Positions 13,797 through 28,071 of a stretch of 64,000 nt of DNA are shown here, one piece after another. The notes beneath the pieces are model-generated. The model was not told where the DNA came from. It searched no databases and saw only the letters and a program-made list of their open reading frames with translations. The DNA is from Ruditapes philippinarum (taxonomy: Eukaryota), in contig NW_026866846.1 in assembly GCF_026571515.1 (NCBI RefSeq), forward strand, positions 62,001 through 126,000, given 5' to 3'. The stretch's first letter is position 1, and every line of letters starts with the position of its first letter. The translations under genes were made by a program, and so were the position numbers.

Positions 13797-16794
13797 CAAT
13801 AACTTTCATGCAGTTTTAAAAAAGTCGTGTGGGTTTATTTAAATCTATTTATAAATATCTGTAATGAATTCCAATTAAATTATTGAATAAACAAACATAT
13901 TCTCGTGTTTTACTTTTGAATTTGTTAAATTACTAATTATTTTGATTGAAGCAATTTGTGCTGATGTTTGAGTTCACTTTCAAAAGCTAATCAGAAATGA
14001 GTTGGTGCTTGAAATGAAATGTAACATATGTGCAAACAAATTTTCAAAAATATTCTCAAATAAGGACAATACGAGTATATATTAAGTACTTTATGAAATG
14101 AAAAGTATATTCATAATCCAATTTTCACTTTGGATTCTTACTGATCTGCTATGCCATTTGTTTACCCATATTTAATTTTGTTACTAACGTAGTATGGCGC
14201 TATGTCTGTAAAAATTGACATAAACTTATAAACATATCAACACTTCAGTACGTGTGTATACATCATCATTTTATAAAGGACTTTAACAATAACTTTCATT
14301 ATTATAAGACTGACCGTGACACGCTTAATCAAGATCTATTTGTGCAATGTCATGGTCAAAAGATATAATCAAATGTTCAGATTTTGTTACAGGAGGATTT
14401 CAGCATTACTTTATAAAAAAATTCATGAACATGGTCAGTGCAACGTTTCGGTAAATAGTCAAGTCGAAGGACCTCGCTAATTTGATATTCACATTGACCT
14501 TCATCTTCAATTAATAATTAGAAAATTGATTTAAGCATGGTCAATAGACTTGGACATTCATTTTATCATCATGCAATAACTGTATACTACAAAGGCCATT
14601 ATAGTTAGGCGTTGGTTTTATTTTTGGCACAAGTTTTCCCTGTATCATGAACGAGCGAATCATCTAAGGCTATTTATTTACATCCTCGTACGTATTTTAC
14701 GTCACAAAGTGTGGTGTATATACTGGGCGCTACTTGCCATAAATATGACAGTAGTTAGTAGTCATTGACGTGCAATTAAACAGCTATCATACTTCCTCGT
14801 GTTGCGAAATAGCTCTATCATGGCCAGGACGATAAAACAAACATTTATCATTTATATTTTGATACAGCGCACTATTATTATCTCTTTATGACTCTTAGAA
14901 ATAAAAATAACATCACTCTAACTTCAAATTATAGAAGTACAAGTCAAAGCATATCCAAAGCTTGTTTGTTTCAAACGCTGCCAACTGTCAGTGTAATTCT
15001 ATCCAACTTAGGTTTAGTCTGAATGAACATCTTACCACTATTTATTTCATTAAAAGAGACCAATGCTCCAATAAGCATTTTAAAAATGGCAATTTTTCGC
15101 AATTTGTTCCCAGCAAGAGCAAGGTAAAAATGTAAACTCTGGCAAATTAGAGCTGTTGTTCAATGGTTTAATTCGTTTTACTAAAATCATTTTCTGAATC
15201 AATTGATGAATGATGATCATTTTTGAGACATGATTTCAATGTTTCGAGTGGTCATGTTTTCAATGAGATATCTTGTCTTGATAACATGAAAATATTTATG
15301 ATTTAGTAAGACATTCATCTTTTTTTTTAAATATTTATATGATTGAATATTTAGATATTTATACTTGTATGGATTTTTTATCCTTTCTTTTTGATGATGG
15401 AGTCATTCTTAAACCTCTCTTATATCAAGGTCATTATCATTCTTAACATTTTTACAATTAAACAGACAAATGTAAGGTATCTGGGACAGACTGCTGGTAT
15501 TTCCAGAGTGATTAAATCTCTAAAGCGATACTTTTACATCAGTACACGTCGTTTTAAAAATGCTTATAAATGTTGCATAATCTTTATATTGCTTTTCTTA
15601 ATATATTTTCTTAATTGTTTGTTCTTTTTGTCACTTTGACTTAATTAAGATGATACAATATAAAAAGGTAATGAGCTTTCAGTAATAACTAATTTAGATA
15701 TACTTTTATTAGAACCGAATTGAAAAAAGAAGTGTATAAGATGTTTCTGAATGAATAATAATATAGTGGGGGTTTTGTTGTAAAGCACGTAAGAGATAGT
15801 GCAAGTGGCTGTATCACATTCATTACTTTTTAATCATAGTATTATTGTATTATCATTTGATATAATGGAAAACTAAAACACAATATCAAAATTCATTATA
15901 TTATATCTAAATGATATGATACATGAAGATGATATACATGTAATCAATTAAGTACGTAAGCCACAAAGCAACAACTGTCAATTATATTGTTAAAACAAGT
16001 TATTTATAAATTATTTGAACACAATTAGTATTCACATGCTGATCAGAACCACTTTAATGTCTACTCTTCAACATCACGTGATTGAATAAGGTTACATTTA
16101 GAAGAGCGTGTAGGCTGAACAAATATTTTATATATACATATTATGATTAATGAGCTTGGTCGATAAACAAGGTATTTAAAACCGTCACGAAAACAACTTT
16201 TGAATTCATGGTTAAAAATCACTAAAATTTCTTAGACCGTTATAATGTTTTTTACAAAATTGATATCATTATGCTTGATGATTGATATCGAATTTATTAA
16301 TAGTAACTTTAATACTTTAATTGATAATAAACAAACAACTTAAAAACAACCGAATTTTTACTTATTTTTTTTTTGAAAATTTATTTCAATTTAGTCAGCC
16401 ATTATATTATAAATATAACTTTTGATTATGCAATAGTTGTTAGTTATATATGTCACTTGTCTTTTAATGACACATTCAATTAAGATATCGTTTTGTTTTT
16501 ATTTGTCAATTCATGTGCCAAAAGCGATAATAAAAACGCACATGTATTAGCCAGTAGTGATCTTCTACGACTATTACGTTATTTTGAGACACACGGGTGT
16601 TAAAAAGGTATCATTGTAATTACAGTACGTATATTTTTGACAATTCATAAGTAAACGTTTACAGCATATACGTAGAAAGCGATAATTATAACATACACGC
16701 TTTAGCCAGTAAAGGATCACCTACGATTATACAGCTATTTCTTCACTGAGGGTTGTTAAAAAAAACAGAGGTATTGTGATGTTATTTATCATAT

Positions 16795-17115
16795 ACTTGA
16801 TGAAATAAATAATGCGCATTTTCATGCTTTTTCCCGTATTTTCAATGTAAACAAATATTTTTCACTGCAGCAGTAAAATATATTTTCCGTATTTTCAAAG
16901 GTGTCTTGTCGGACTACTTTCTTTATAAAAAAATTAACGGGAAGTTAAATATATATTATAATAAACAGAAAATCTTTGGAAAGTCGCTTTTTTAACAGGA
17001 TTTATTTTTATCTTACGGTATGAAAATTGCTACCGCCACTCATTAATACTTATATTCATACCAGTCAATGAAAAAGAATCCTGTTTTTATAGAAAACACT
17101 CGAATATCTTCTATC
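16795..17115 (-). mobile_element. Non-autonomous DNA repeat family, copy 1 (others 44619-45025 and 50168-50545)
   Basis: Reverse complement of atagaggatattcaagttttttctataaa...gagtggcggtagc...gtagtccggcaagacacc...gaaaatacggaaaat. Confidence 0.7.
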
Positions 17116-18461
17116 TTTTGTTTAACAAAGGCCCCGAGTATCGATCTTTTGCATTTATGCAAGCTTAAAGGGTATAAAGCTATATCGTACGAAATATTTT
17201 TATATAATTTATCAGCAGTAAAATTGTATTGTTTTTGATTCTTGAAAAATTGTAGCATTATATATTGCTTCTGTTATCAAACACACATGGATATTATACA
17301 TAAACAAAATAAAATGTTCGGGACCAAAATATTATTTTGCTATTTTAAGTATGGTTTTAACCATCAAGCAATGCTTTTGTGCATGCACAATTTGCTTTTA
17401 ATACCATATCCTACCATATTTCTCTCATACAACCATTTTGGAAGCATTCTTTTTTAAAATTCAAAGAATATTTTTTTGCTGCAGATATATAGCTTTATAC
17501 ACTTAAATGCTTTTCTGGCCCTTCTGAATTTAAGAAATATTTTTATCTTGGAGTATCCATTAAAATATATAACAAAAAATGCAAAAGAGTCGCCGGAATG
17601 GCATGTTTATATCGACTAAATGTATATACCTGCATTAACTACTGACAAAACAAATTATAATTCCTTTGATTTAGCAAAAAAGACAAAAAATGATTTCCCG
17701 CTAAACCTCTTATTATGAAATGTTTCCAGATTAATACAATAACCCCAAAAATATATAAGTGTAAAAAAGTAATCGATACTAAAAACAAGATATTTAATAC
17801 CCACAAATAACTATGCAATTTGATGATGTCAAAAGAGGGAGAGTATTTTTTTACATGTAATGTAAACAATTCATGACAATAACAATGTTATATTTATATT
17901 AAATGTGTACAACAACATCAATCAATCCTTATTCAGCAATCGGCATGAATATGCCTTTGGCCATTTACAAGTTAATATTTACAGAACATAGCCGAGGACT
18001 CTATATATTATAATAATTAAAACGGTTTAACAAACACATTACACATAAACTTTGCTATACAAAATGAATAAATTAACATATATCATCAATTTGACTGTAA
18101 TGATATGAAACATTGTTTGCCTGTGCAAAATTATTTTTTCAATATAGAAAGGGTTCTTACTTTAAAAGAATCTTTAATATATGTCGCTATTATTACTTGA
18201 ATAGTTTTACTATATTTATTTATTAGTGTAACACATTAATTAAATTAAGGCCAAGATGTTTAATATTTTTAAAGCAATTCCTTTCTTATATTATATGATT
18301 TCGGACAAATCAATAAAAAATGATATTCAGATTCAATCTGTTTCTGATTACATAACGAACAAAATCGTTCATTTCTCTAAACAGTATGTCTGATGACAAG
18401 TTCAGTAAACCGTGACCTATGACAAATTTTGAACCAACCCTCATATATGTCATGTCAGAAA

Positions 18462-18503
18462 TGATTGACAGGTTATATCTTTGACGTAAAAAAGGTCGTT
18501 AAT
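18462..18503 (+). promoter_or_regulatory. Composite promoter element of gene C: TGATTGACAG + TGACGTAA + GTTAAT
   Basis: Same motif order and near-identical spacing 119-129 bp upstream of the ATG in genes C, F (39891-39930) and G (45917-45955). TGATTGACAG is the PBX-MEIS/PREP decamer; TGACGTAA is a CRE/ATF-like site. Confidence 0.6.
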
Positions 18504-18588
18504 TGAATATTGCATTGTAATCTTTACACAGTATATCTATGTTTATTTTATGTGAGAATATTTACAATCAGTGCATACCAACATCAAC

Positions 18589-21500
18589 ATGGATTCACAA
18601 AATTATATCATTAACATATTCTCTTTGGTAGGTAAATTATTTTATGTTTGATTTTGTTGTAACTTTATTATCACGTGTATTTTAAAGATTGAGTAAAGTT
18701 AAGGTATTTGAAGTATTGATAAGGTTTACTTCATTTTATTCAGTGTAATTTACATCTGCGGTTTTTTATTGAAAAGAAAAACCAAAGCATTTACATTTCA
18801 GCCTTGATGCATGGCGATAAGTTTTTCTTACACTACTGAAATTAAGGGATCAATTGCAGAAGTGGATTGAATAATTGAATTTTTATCATTTGATTTTGGC
18901 AGTTGGTTTAATAAAAAGGAATAAAATATCTGGTTAAAATGTCACTTGAAATATTTTAATATACATTCTATATATATATTATTTGTAATGATTCAAGTTA
19001 AAATTCGAGAAAGAGTGTCTTTAATTTCTTTTCAATATGTTTTCGGACTTTCCATACTATTTTTGCAGAATTTATTTATCCGATTGGGAAAGAGAACTGT
19101 CATATATCCTTAATATCATATGATAAATAAAAAATACTATCCTCTGTTTATTTCAGATATTATGCATATTCCCAAATATATTGTACACACAGCGTATAAC
19201 ATGCCCGGTAAGTAACCGATGTATCTATATTTACTCTTAAATAATTATAATACTGCATGTTTCATTGAATAACCGTGACGTTTATATAGTGTTTAATATA
19301 CACGGCTGTTGTCGATTCATGAAGAAATCTTTTTTCTCTAAAAATGACGCTTGCTGTATTATTAATTCGTTATAAAGATCGTTGACAGGTTATATGGCCG
19401 AACATAAACGGCTGTTTGCAATATAACCATAGAAAGCTGTTTATAAAGGGCCATATAACCTGTCAACGATCTTTATAACTAATAATATACACGGCTGTTG
19501 TCAATTTTTGAAGAAATCTCTTTTTCTCTCTCTAAAAATCAAAGTTTGCTTAATTATAAATTCGTTATAAAGATTCTTGACAGGTTATATGACCGCATAT
19601 AAACGTTATTTGCAATATAACCTTCGCATAGCGGCTGTAACATAACTAACTATACAAGACTGATTGATTAAAACGACCCAAATTTCTCATTAAAACTTTA
19701 AAGGGAATACTACAGTAACATGTTGTACAGTAAGACATGCAGACATAATAAAGACAGTTTGGTAGAATTCTATTTAATACTTTGCATTACCTTAGATAGT
19801 GATAACAGAAACATTGCCAGCGAAAAGTACAGTATTTGTTCCCCAAAATGCATCAAGTGCATTAGAAAAATTCAGTTATTCTATAACAATCAATAATGTT
19901 TGTCAATTTTAATATTCTTCAGCGTCTTGTTTAGATATATTTAGTATTTCCAATACTTCTTGTATGACGATGAGAATTTTGAAATACACATTTTTATCGA
20001 ATTCTGGAGAGGTGTTCTGTTCAATGTGACCTAGAAAAATGTAATATGGCCAATAATTTTAACTCTTGACTTGTATTATTCCTCTCAGTTTGAAAATTAA
20101 ACAATAACAAATATACTAAATCATGATAGCTAAACGCACACCGATCGTTTACACAGGGACCGTACACTGCTTTAACTAGAGTAACACGAACGATTCACCT
20201 TGAAAGCTACAAAGTTGACAGTTCAAATTGTGTCTATTTTGAAATAATTTTGCTTTTATGAGATCAAAGTATTTTGTGACTGAACTTTTTCAGACACCAT
20301 GTGACATCGGCTACACATGTGCAATGGTTAGACATGGGACACAACCTTCAGCGCCTGGTTGTATATGTAAGTGCCAGCTCTTATTGACGTCATGTTTAAA
20401 ATAATAGCAACATCCATACATTCGATATTTTATATTTTATACATTCAATCAATCGTTAAGAAATACAGATACAATTAACTGATCTTATATTAGGATATTT
20501 AAAACATCTACAGGAACTCTTACGTTAAAAATTAAATCGAAATTTTTAAGATATTAAAAAATTTCCAATTACATTTATGAAAATAAGGTTGAGAATTGAT
20601 TTGTATAGGCTTTTTATATATTAACAGCAATGCAGGAGGCAATTCTACTGCACCAAGCAATAAATGGTGGTCCCAGTGGTCCAGGATCTGGTATAAATAA
20701 TCAAGTTGGTGTTGGTATCCAACAGCAAACCCCGGGCTTTCCACAGGCACCACGACCAGGAGACCCAATTCCACCTTTTCCACAAGGAGCTGGAGGGACT
20801 ATCCCAGGCATGAATTTTCTTGGTAGTACTGATCCAAGGGAACCGGGTTTTGAACAAAGATTTGCACTAGGTTTAGGTGGACAACAACGCAACTTTGGAT
20901 TTGGACCCCCTGGTCAAGTAAATGGACAATTCGGACGACCACAGGTACCAACAGGGATGTCTGGACCAGCTTTTCTTGATCCAACTGCAGGCCAGTTTGC
21001 AGGTCAAGCTCCTGGTCAATTCCTTGGACCTTCCGGTGGACAGTTTGGTCCAAATGCTGGTCAATTTGGACCAAACGCTGGTCAGTTTGGTCCAAACGCT
21101 GGTCAATTCGGTCCAAATCCCGGTCAGTTTGGTGGGCCACCCCCGGGTCAGTTTGGTCCAAGTGCAGGTCAGTTTGGCCCTGGAGGGCCAATGGGATTCA
21201 ATCCCCAAGTTGACGGTGGGCAAAATATTTCTTCCTCTGCATCTGGTATTAGAGATAACACTAACATAGCTTGGCATGACTTTAGCCGTGGTGGTGGTAG
21301 TTTCCCAAGACCCGGTCTATCTGATAATCGTGCAGGTTCTTTTCAGCAAATAACTGATGCAGTCGATCAAACCCCTATTCGGATCGGTCAGTTAGGCCAA
21401 TTACCTCGTAATTTCGTTGAACGACCAGGTACATTTGGTACACGCCAAGGTCGTTTTGGGTTGCAGCCAAGGACCGACACATTCGATCCGAATTCTAACC

Positions 21501-24500
21501 AGTTTGGCGCTGCTGGAATAGAAATTCCATCAGTAGGATTTAATCCACAAGTGGTTGATCTAAGTATTGCTCCAACTCCATCTGTTCCTCACAACAGAGA
21601 TATGAATAACCAAATAAGTAATGATTTTTCACACGTTAGTCATGAGGGTAGTCATTCACAATTTGACAGGTCTAGACAATCCACCGGAGGGTTTGGTTCA
21701 ATGTCGAGTGTTCCCGATCAAACTGCTGGCCAGTTTGATCCACAACCACATGTAGACGGTGACAAAAGTCATATATCGCATGGAAGTGACAACAATTTTC
21801 CTCAAAGAAACAGTAGATTTCAAGGTGAGCAGTTTCACACTGACTTTGTTCCACACACTGACCCAAGACCCCCTGTCCAAGAAAACGTACAAGACATACC
21901 TGATGGTTTTGTAGGACAAGATTCGCAACAAACTAATTTTGAAACATTTGTTAATACCCCTCCAATATTGACTTTACCTGAACAAGGTTTACTGAACCGT
22001 GCCGGTTCAGCTAATCAAATTCCTTTGGGTACACGTGTGGGTTCTACAGAACCACAATCAAATATAAATAATGCTCCAATGTTAGTAAAATTAGACGGTG
22101 TAAAGACAGCTTCTGTGGGAGAACATTCTGTTGAACAAAGTAAAGTTTCTTCCATTAAAGAAGATTCTGCTGGGTTACACTATGTGTTTTATCCGCAGAT
22201 TAATGGTGCAGGGTTTAGAGTTAACATTACGAAGGACGGATTTTGTCCACGTGATTCAATGACACGCGATAGGAGCACGTGCATGAATAGCTGCTATTCT
22301 GATGAGAAGTGTCCACTTGAACAAAAATGCTGTCCAAGTGGATGTTCTCTTAGATGTCGAAAACCTAATTTAGCAGTTCAGGACCTTAATTCACGTCAAC
22401 AAGACGCCGAATTTAGCAATATTTCAGGTAAGTTTTTAACAAATATGTAAATTTAACATTTTTTTGCAATATCTGTCTTTTTACATTTAAAAGTTCGAAA
22501 AGGGTTAGATAAGATGAACAATTTATCAAAACAATGGACACTTTTCACGTTTACGTTCCAAACATACAAAATAATATGCACTTAACATACTGTTAACATC
22601 TTGCGTATTCAAATATTCATGTTTTAGATTTCTTTTTAATTTTAAATCTTTTATTTGTTTCAGAAGTAAAACATAAAAAAGAAAATTTGTAAGACATACT
22701 CGTATATACAATCAGATAAAAGAAATGTTAAAAACACGCTGCAGTTAGGATGAATTACAACTCGGAGTAAAAAGAGTCCCGCCAACAAAATTCATTGAAC
22801 CAGTATCTCTAACGGTCTTCATTATGTCACTTTATTACAAACCTTAGGAACATTATCAATCATATTTTAAGTTTCATCATTAAGACATTTATGTAGTTAC
22901 TATATATTTCTTTTTCATCCTTTTTGCTATCATTATCTTTGTTTTCAATTTTAACAAGTTCACCTTGTTCAATGATGTTAAGCTGTCAATTTTAAGCGTA
23001 GAAGCGCCTCTGTAAACAATACTTACATATATTTAAATGCAGAATGGAAACATAATTAGATTTCCCTTCATATAAGAAAATACTAATGCTTTTGTCATTT
23101 CGTGTTACACATCAGCAGAAGAATAAATTTAAGGAATCATCAATAAATAATAGAAATATACATAAGCTAAACATAATTACAAAATGATTTATCATTGTAA
23201 TACAAGTTTAAAAGTACTTCAGTCATAACTATTGTCTGGAAAAAGTGCTGAACTATAATGTTATAAGTAATATAGACGTACTGACGGTAGTTTGGTCTCG
23301 TTTGTACTTTTATCTTCATAAATAATAATGTTTCACATGAAATTGTATGTAAGGTCAACAGGTCAAAAAGTTTATTCTTGTAGGTAACAGCATACAAAAA
23401 TAATGGTATAAATCATCATTAATGACAATCGCCACTACATACTGATTTACGTATAAAATAACAATTGGGAAAATGTGTGTTTTATGGTCTATTTTTTGCT
23501 AAAATTCAGTTTAATTGTTAACGCGTTCATTTATGCCCACTTTCGTATAATAATTATAATAATACTTATACAAGCATTTGCAATGGCGTTTCATAACAAT
23601 TGGTATAAATTTCAGAACAAAGTCCACTTATTCTGGTAAGCCACAATGACAAAACATCGTTGTTTTGTTCATCAATGAATGTATCTTTCTTTACCGTTCA
23701 AAATGGCCCGCAATCTTTATATCCTTTAAATATTTACTGGTGTTTTATTGCATGAAGTCACACTTAACTTACCATACATAGGAAATTTACCGTAATAAGC
23801 ATGTTAGAATCGTGTCTAAATCAACCTTTTCAAAACATCTTCATCACAACAATTACTCTTGTTTGCTCCAGTATGCTTGTGTATAATCCTTTCCGTAATA
23901 AAATTTAAATTGCATGATTCTATTTCCTGTTGAAAACAGCAATAATTCCCCCATAGTTTTAGTTGATGCATGATCTCATTTTTAAATGACCAATAATAAA
24001 GTAGTAAAATTAATCTTTTAAATATCGCCACATGTAGCACTTAACAATAAAATAATAATTCATCATTTTCTATATTAAATATACATTGTATTACAAGCTA
24101 TATTTTATTTTTCATTGTTTTTATTTCTTACAAAGAATTATATACCAAATTCTGCCAAAAACATTTTTACCATACGTTTTGTAAATCATAGTAATACAAA
24201 GTGCTTCATTTATTGCACATTTATTCTAAATTCCTATTTCTATATAATTTACTATATAATGCAAAAACATTATCTAAAACATTTTACATTTAACATGATA
24301 ATTACGTTGAACAGTTATTTTTTGTCATTTGGTTAAACTACATTGTTTTCTTATTATTTCCTCTTTCACTATGTTTCATAATTATGTTTTCCCCATATTT
24401 ACAGCCGTAGAAGCAATGTGTCGACCTTGTAACTCTCACATGGATTGCAATTCACAGGATCAATTTTGTACGACAAGTGCTTATTGTGGACAAACCATGG

Positions 24501-24526
24501 TTTGTAGGCAGGTGGCTCGGAGATAA
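18589..24526 (+). CDS. Cluster gene C: large secreted Gly/Gln/Pro/Phe-rich protein with WAP domain and N- and C-terminal Cys modules, ~694 aa
   Basis: Exons 18589-18627 (MDSQNYIINIFSL), 19157-19207 (ILCIFPNILYTQRITCP), 20294-20366 (TPCDIGYTCAMVRHGTQPSAPGCI), 20628-22427 (1800 nt, ORF 20630-22450), 24405-24526 (VEAMCRPCNSHMDCNSQDQFCTTSAYCGQTMVCRQVARR*). Phases 0,0,1,1, 2085 nt in frame. Confidence 0.9.
19250..19640. mobile_element. Hairpin-type non-autonomous DNA element (second copy 33225-33510, opposite orientation)
   Basis: Palindrome gttataaagatcgttgacaggttatatggcc...ggccatataacctgtcaacgatctttataac, shared with 33232-33367. Confidence 0.7.
20990..21181 (+). repeat. Coding tandem repeat GQFGP(N/S)A, ~21-24 bp unit, ~9 units
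   Basis: GQFAGQAP GQFLGPSG GQFGPNA GQFGPNA GQFGPNA GQFGPNP GQFGGPPP GQFGPSA GQFGP, with synonymous variation between units. Confidence 0.9.
22232..22366 (+). other. WAP (four-disulfide core) domain within gene C exon 4
   Basis: KDGFCPRDSMTRDRSTCMNSCYSDEKCPLEQKCCPSGCSLRCRKP has the KxGxCP start, CxxxCxxDxxCPxxxKCCxxGCxxxC and 8 Cys. Confidence 0.9.
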
Positions 24527-26797
24527 TAAAATATGCATAGTGTTAATTGACAATGATATATTTTGTGACATCCTTTATCACGACATGGTTCGTACAGAAT
24601 AAGTGCAATAAATTGTATATAGTAACTCTTCATACGTTTTTGTGGTGATATTGACGTAATGTGTGTTCGACTTCGTGAACTTTATAACTGACACTGTTCA
24701 GACTTGCTTTGATTTAAAAAACTAAAATAGATTAACCTCTTTGACACCGGTCATTGAGTTGAATTAATAAATATAGTTATAAATGTTGAATTTAGTAATT
24801 ATTTTCAGTGTTTGCAATACTTGATCTAACGTGTTTCATCATTTATTCTATATCATAAATACCGGTATTAGATTTATTCGGGAACCTTTACCTACAGCGA
24901 GATATTTAAATAATTAAAATTAATTCATTAACATATCAAAACCTTATACCGGTATACCTTAAATTCCTAAACATTTAAATGTTATCATTTAAATGTTTGA
25001 TAATATTTAAAAAGATAAATATAAGTAATATCACATTCCATACTTAACATGATAGTGACCATAGTCTATTTTAGTATGTTTTGAATCGTGTATGATTTGT
25101 TAAAAAAATAAATCATGTAGACCAAAGAAACCACAATTCATTCATCAACGTTTAGCAACCATGTATTTCCGTGTTTATTTTATGCGGCTTTGTAAATAAT
25201 GGATAGGTATTCGTGTTGCTAGATAATGAACTCTAACTTAAAAGGAGGAAAAAAGAACTTACAATTGCATTTGTAAACGAAACGTGTATGCTCTTGGCAA
25301 ATCTCGAGATGTCGTAATGCATGTCGTTAGATGACTTGAATGATTTGATAATACTTAGTCATTATTACCCATTTTTATAAACAAGAGATCGAGCCGTAAA
25401 TAATGCACAGATTGGTAACTGAGGTCTTCCTCCACCATAAAAGCTGGAAAGTCGATACATGACCTATACTGTGTTGTATCAATATAAAACAGAGGTCATT
25501 TTAATAGGGAAAAGGATTTTAGTTAATCTTTAATATATTTATAGAAAGACTTTCTCCTGTTGTTATTATTATTCGACAGTAAAGACATATCAACAGTATA
25601 GATATTAGGTAAAATATCTCTGAACGATCATTACTTGTGTTCATATTCATGTTATAGAAGAACATAGTATGTGAATATACCTTAAATATAACTTTCAAAT
25701 ATTTGAGAAAATTATATTTCTGTTAGGACGTTATTATATGCGCGTAAAATATATCTAAGCTATTACATTTTCTCAAGTGTTTATCAGTCCATAACGATGA
25801 TTTATTGTCTAAATTACCATGACATGTTTAAATATCAGAAAAAGGAAACAACACAATGTAACATATAACACGTTATATCAATTCCATGTTCAGTAGTATC
25901 AAAAATGTTTAATAATATTTTAAAGCTTTTCACTGGACTCTTTTGTTCAGCAAATTTAAATTTTAGACTCTCGCTATATAGTTGAGTGCTATCTAATGAA
26001 CCTATTAAATAACGATTGTAGTTTCTGTGCATAATGAACAGTCTTCCATTTCTGTTGGCATCCTATATTCATTGAGTACAAACTAAATAGCTACATGCTA
26101 TTAATATAACATCAACAAAAAAATGCAACAGATATCAATTAATATACGTGTGTGCCTTAAAGTTTCATTTTTCATATTACACAAGTACGTTTAAAAACAT
26201 ACCAAGCTCTGGTAATTAACTTTAAGAGATGAAAAAGTACTTATGCATTAAAGATACATAAATAACGCATATGTAAGAAAATAAGGTAAGATCGAAATAG
26301 ATCAAACAAAGAGTTCATTTAACATCTATTAATACTAGAATTAATACATCACACAATGTTATTTTCCTTGTTTTCTTGGATTCCGAATTTTATGTTTTTA
26401 TTTGATTTATTTTGCTTGTGTACATTTTGTCAGATTATAAAGTTGATGAATAAAACATGCCAATTTCTTTTCTGTATTTATTTTATATTTCCATCTTTAT
26501 TCCCCCGACACCCCCCCCCCCCCCCCCCCCCCGCCCCCCAATCAAACATTTCTAAATTCGAGGTCTGACTGACTCTCCATTAACTTGTTCTTTTTCCCTT
26601 TTAAAGAATTTTATTGTATGCTTGAATTTAACTGTAAACTTTTTACAGACTGCACATGAAATAATCTGCAATGCTTTTTATTTTAGTTATCTTAATATAT
26701 TTATGCACTTTTCACACAGCTCTATACTGCAAAATCTATTTTCACACAGCTCTATACTGCAAAAATCTATCACCTTGTATTATGGTTTTATTCACAG

Positions 26798-26919
26798 GTT
26801 CAAACGTCGCAAGAATTGAAACAAACTGTAAAGGTTGCGAGGCAACAGAAAGTTGCCCAAGTGGACAATACTGTTACTTTTCTTACGCATGCGCAATTCA
26901 AATATGTCAGCCTTTGTAA
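26798..26919 (+). CDS. Orphan terminal 6-Cys exon (alternative last exon of C, or remnant/partial gene)
   Basis: Acceptor ttttattcacag, phase 1, SNVARIETNCKGCEATESCPSGQYCYFSYACAIQICQPL*. Cys spacing and CQPL end match genes A/B. No convincing dedicated upstream exons found. Confidence 0.75.
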
Positions 26920-28071
26920 TATTGTTAACCTATCACAGAGCACACATATGTTTGTTCAGGACACATTTGTAATCTTGAAATGTTGCTTAAAACTAACCAA
27001 GATTTGCTTGTAGATTATGTTTACTTGCCTGTTAAGTTTTCATCAAAATTCACAAAATGTAAAAGTACATTAGCACATATGTACAAAAAGTTTATAAATA
27101 TTAACTGTTTGTTTATTCATATTTATTATTTTAACTGCTTGTAAAACATACAATGTTGTTTCTTGGGTTTTTATGTTTTAATGTGTTTTATTTGATTTCC
27201 ATTAGAATGTAGTGTAAGGCTTAAACTATTTGATTTTAAGAAGGGAAATAAGATAAAAACTTTGAATTGGGAAAGTGCTGTAATACGTATTTTGATTGTT
27301 GTAAAATAAAATCATGTTTTTTATACTTTAGCGCTCGTACCATAATTTAAACATAAACTTATAGCGATAATTTTATTGTCATTTGTTGACATTAAAAGGA
27401 ATAAAAAATGATTTATTTTATTTTCATTTTATTCATGAGACAAAAACTTCCTTTTAGTTATCTTTGTAGATAAGCTATACAAGCTGTCTGATAACGTTAT
27501 TTTTTGTCAACAATATCATGCAAGTTTTTCTGTCAACATGAAGATTCAGATCTCTTATAACATTAAGAATGATTGAATTATTTTTAAGTTACAGGGGCAT
27601 TCGTGTCAATCAATTAATAATGTAAACAATGTAAACAGTGAACCATGTAGTTCAATACCCTTTTGATCGTAAACAACTAATTTGCAAAGATCATAGTTCA
27701 AATATTTCATCTATGCAAAAATTAGACTGTAAAAGGTCAACTCTTACATAGTTTATCCTGATATGAAACTGTGCTTACTTTTCATTTCTTTTGAAAACGA
27801 ACAATTATAAAAAAAATCTACGGAATGTTACATTTCTATTTTTTGTAAGACAACATCTTTTTCAAATTCCGTACGCAAATATTTCTGTTCAGTGGCGAAT
27901 GATAACATAATGTCAATATGAGTACATGCAGTTCGTTAAAACAGTAATTTGTATATCAAGTTATTCACACTAAATTATCGAAAGCTTCGTGGTATTTGTC
28001 TACATTAATCATTCAAAGTTGAAATACTTAAAGCTAATCAAAATAATTGTGTTTGATTTTGCTTTTTGCAG

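Noticed and set aside
20532-21931. Antisense and alternate-frame ORFs over gene C exon 4
   Set aside because: Shadows of a more GC-rich repetitive coding exon; no independent signals.
25545-25579. Possible signal exon (KDFLLLLLLFD, donor GTAAAG) for the orphan exon
   Set aside because: The hydrophobic run comes from a (TTA)n-like tract, the donor is weak and no matching first exon was found.
26356-26568. Hydrophobic/poly-Pro ORF
   Set aside because: Product of T-rich sequence and a C homopolymer.
27763-27850. Possible first exon of gene D (MKLCLLFISF... or ...TTTT|GTAAGA)
   Set aside because: In-frame stop or incompatible phase with the 28072 acceptor.
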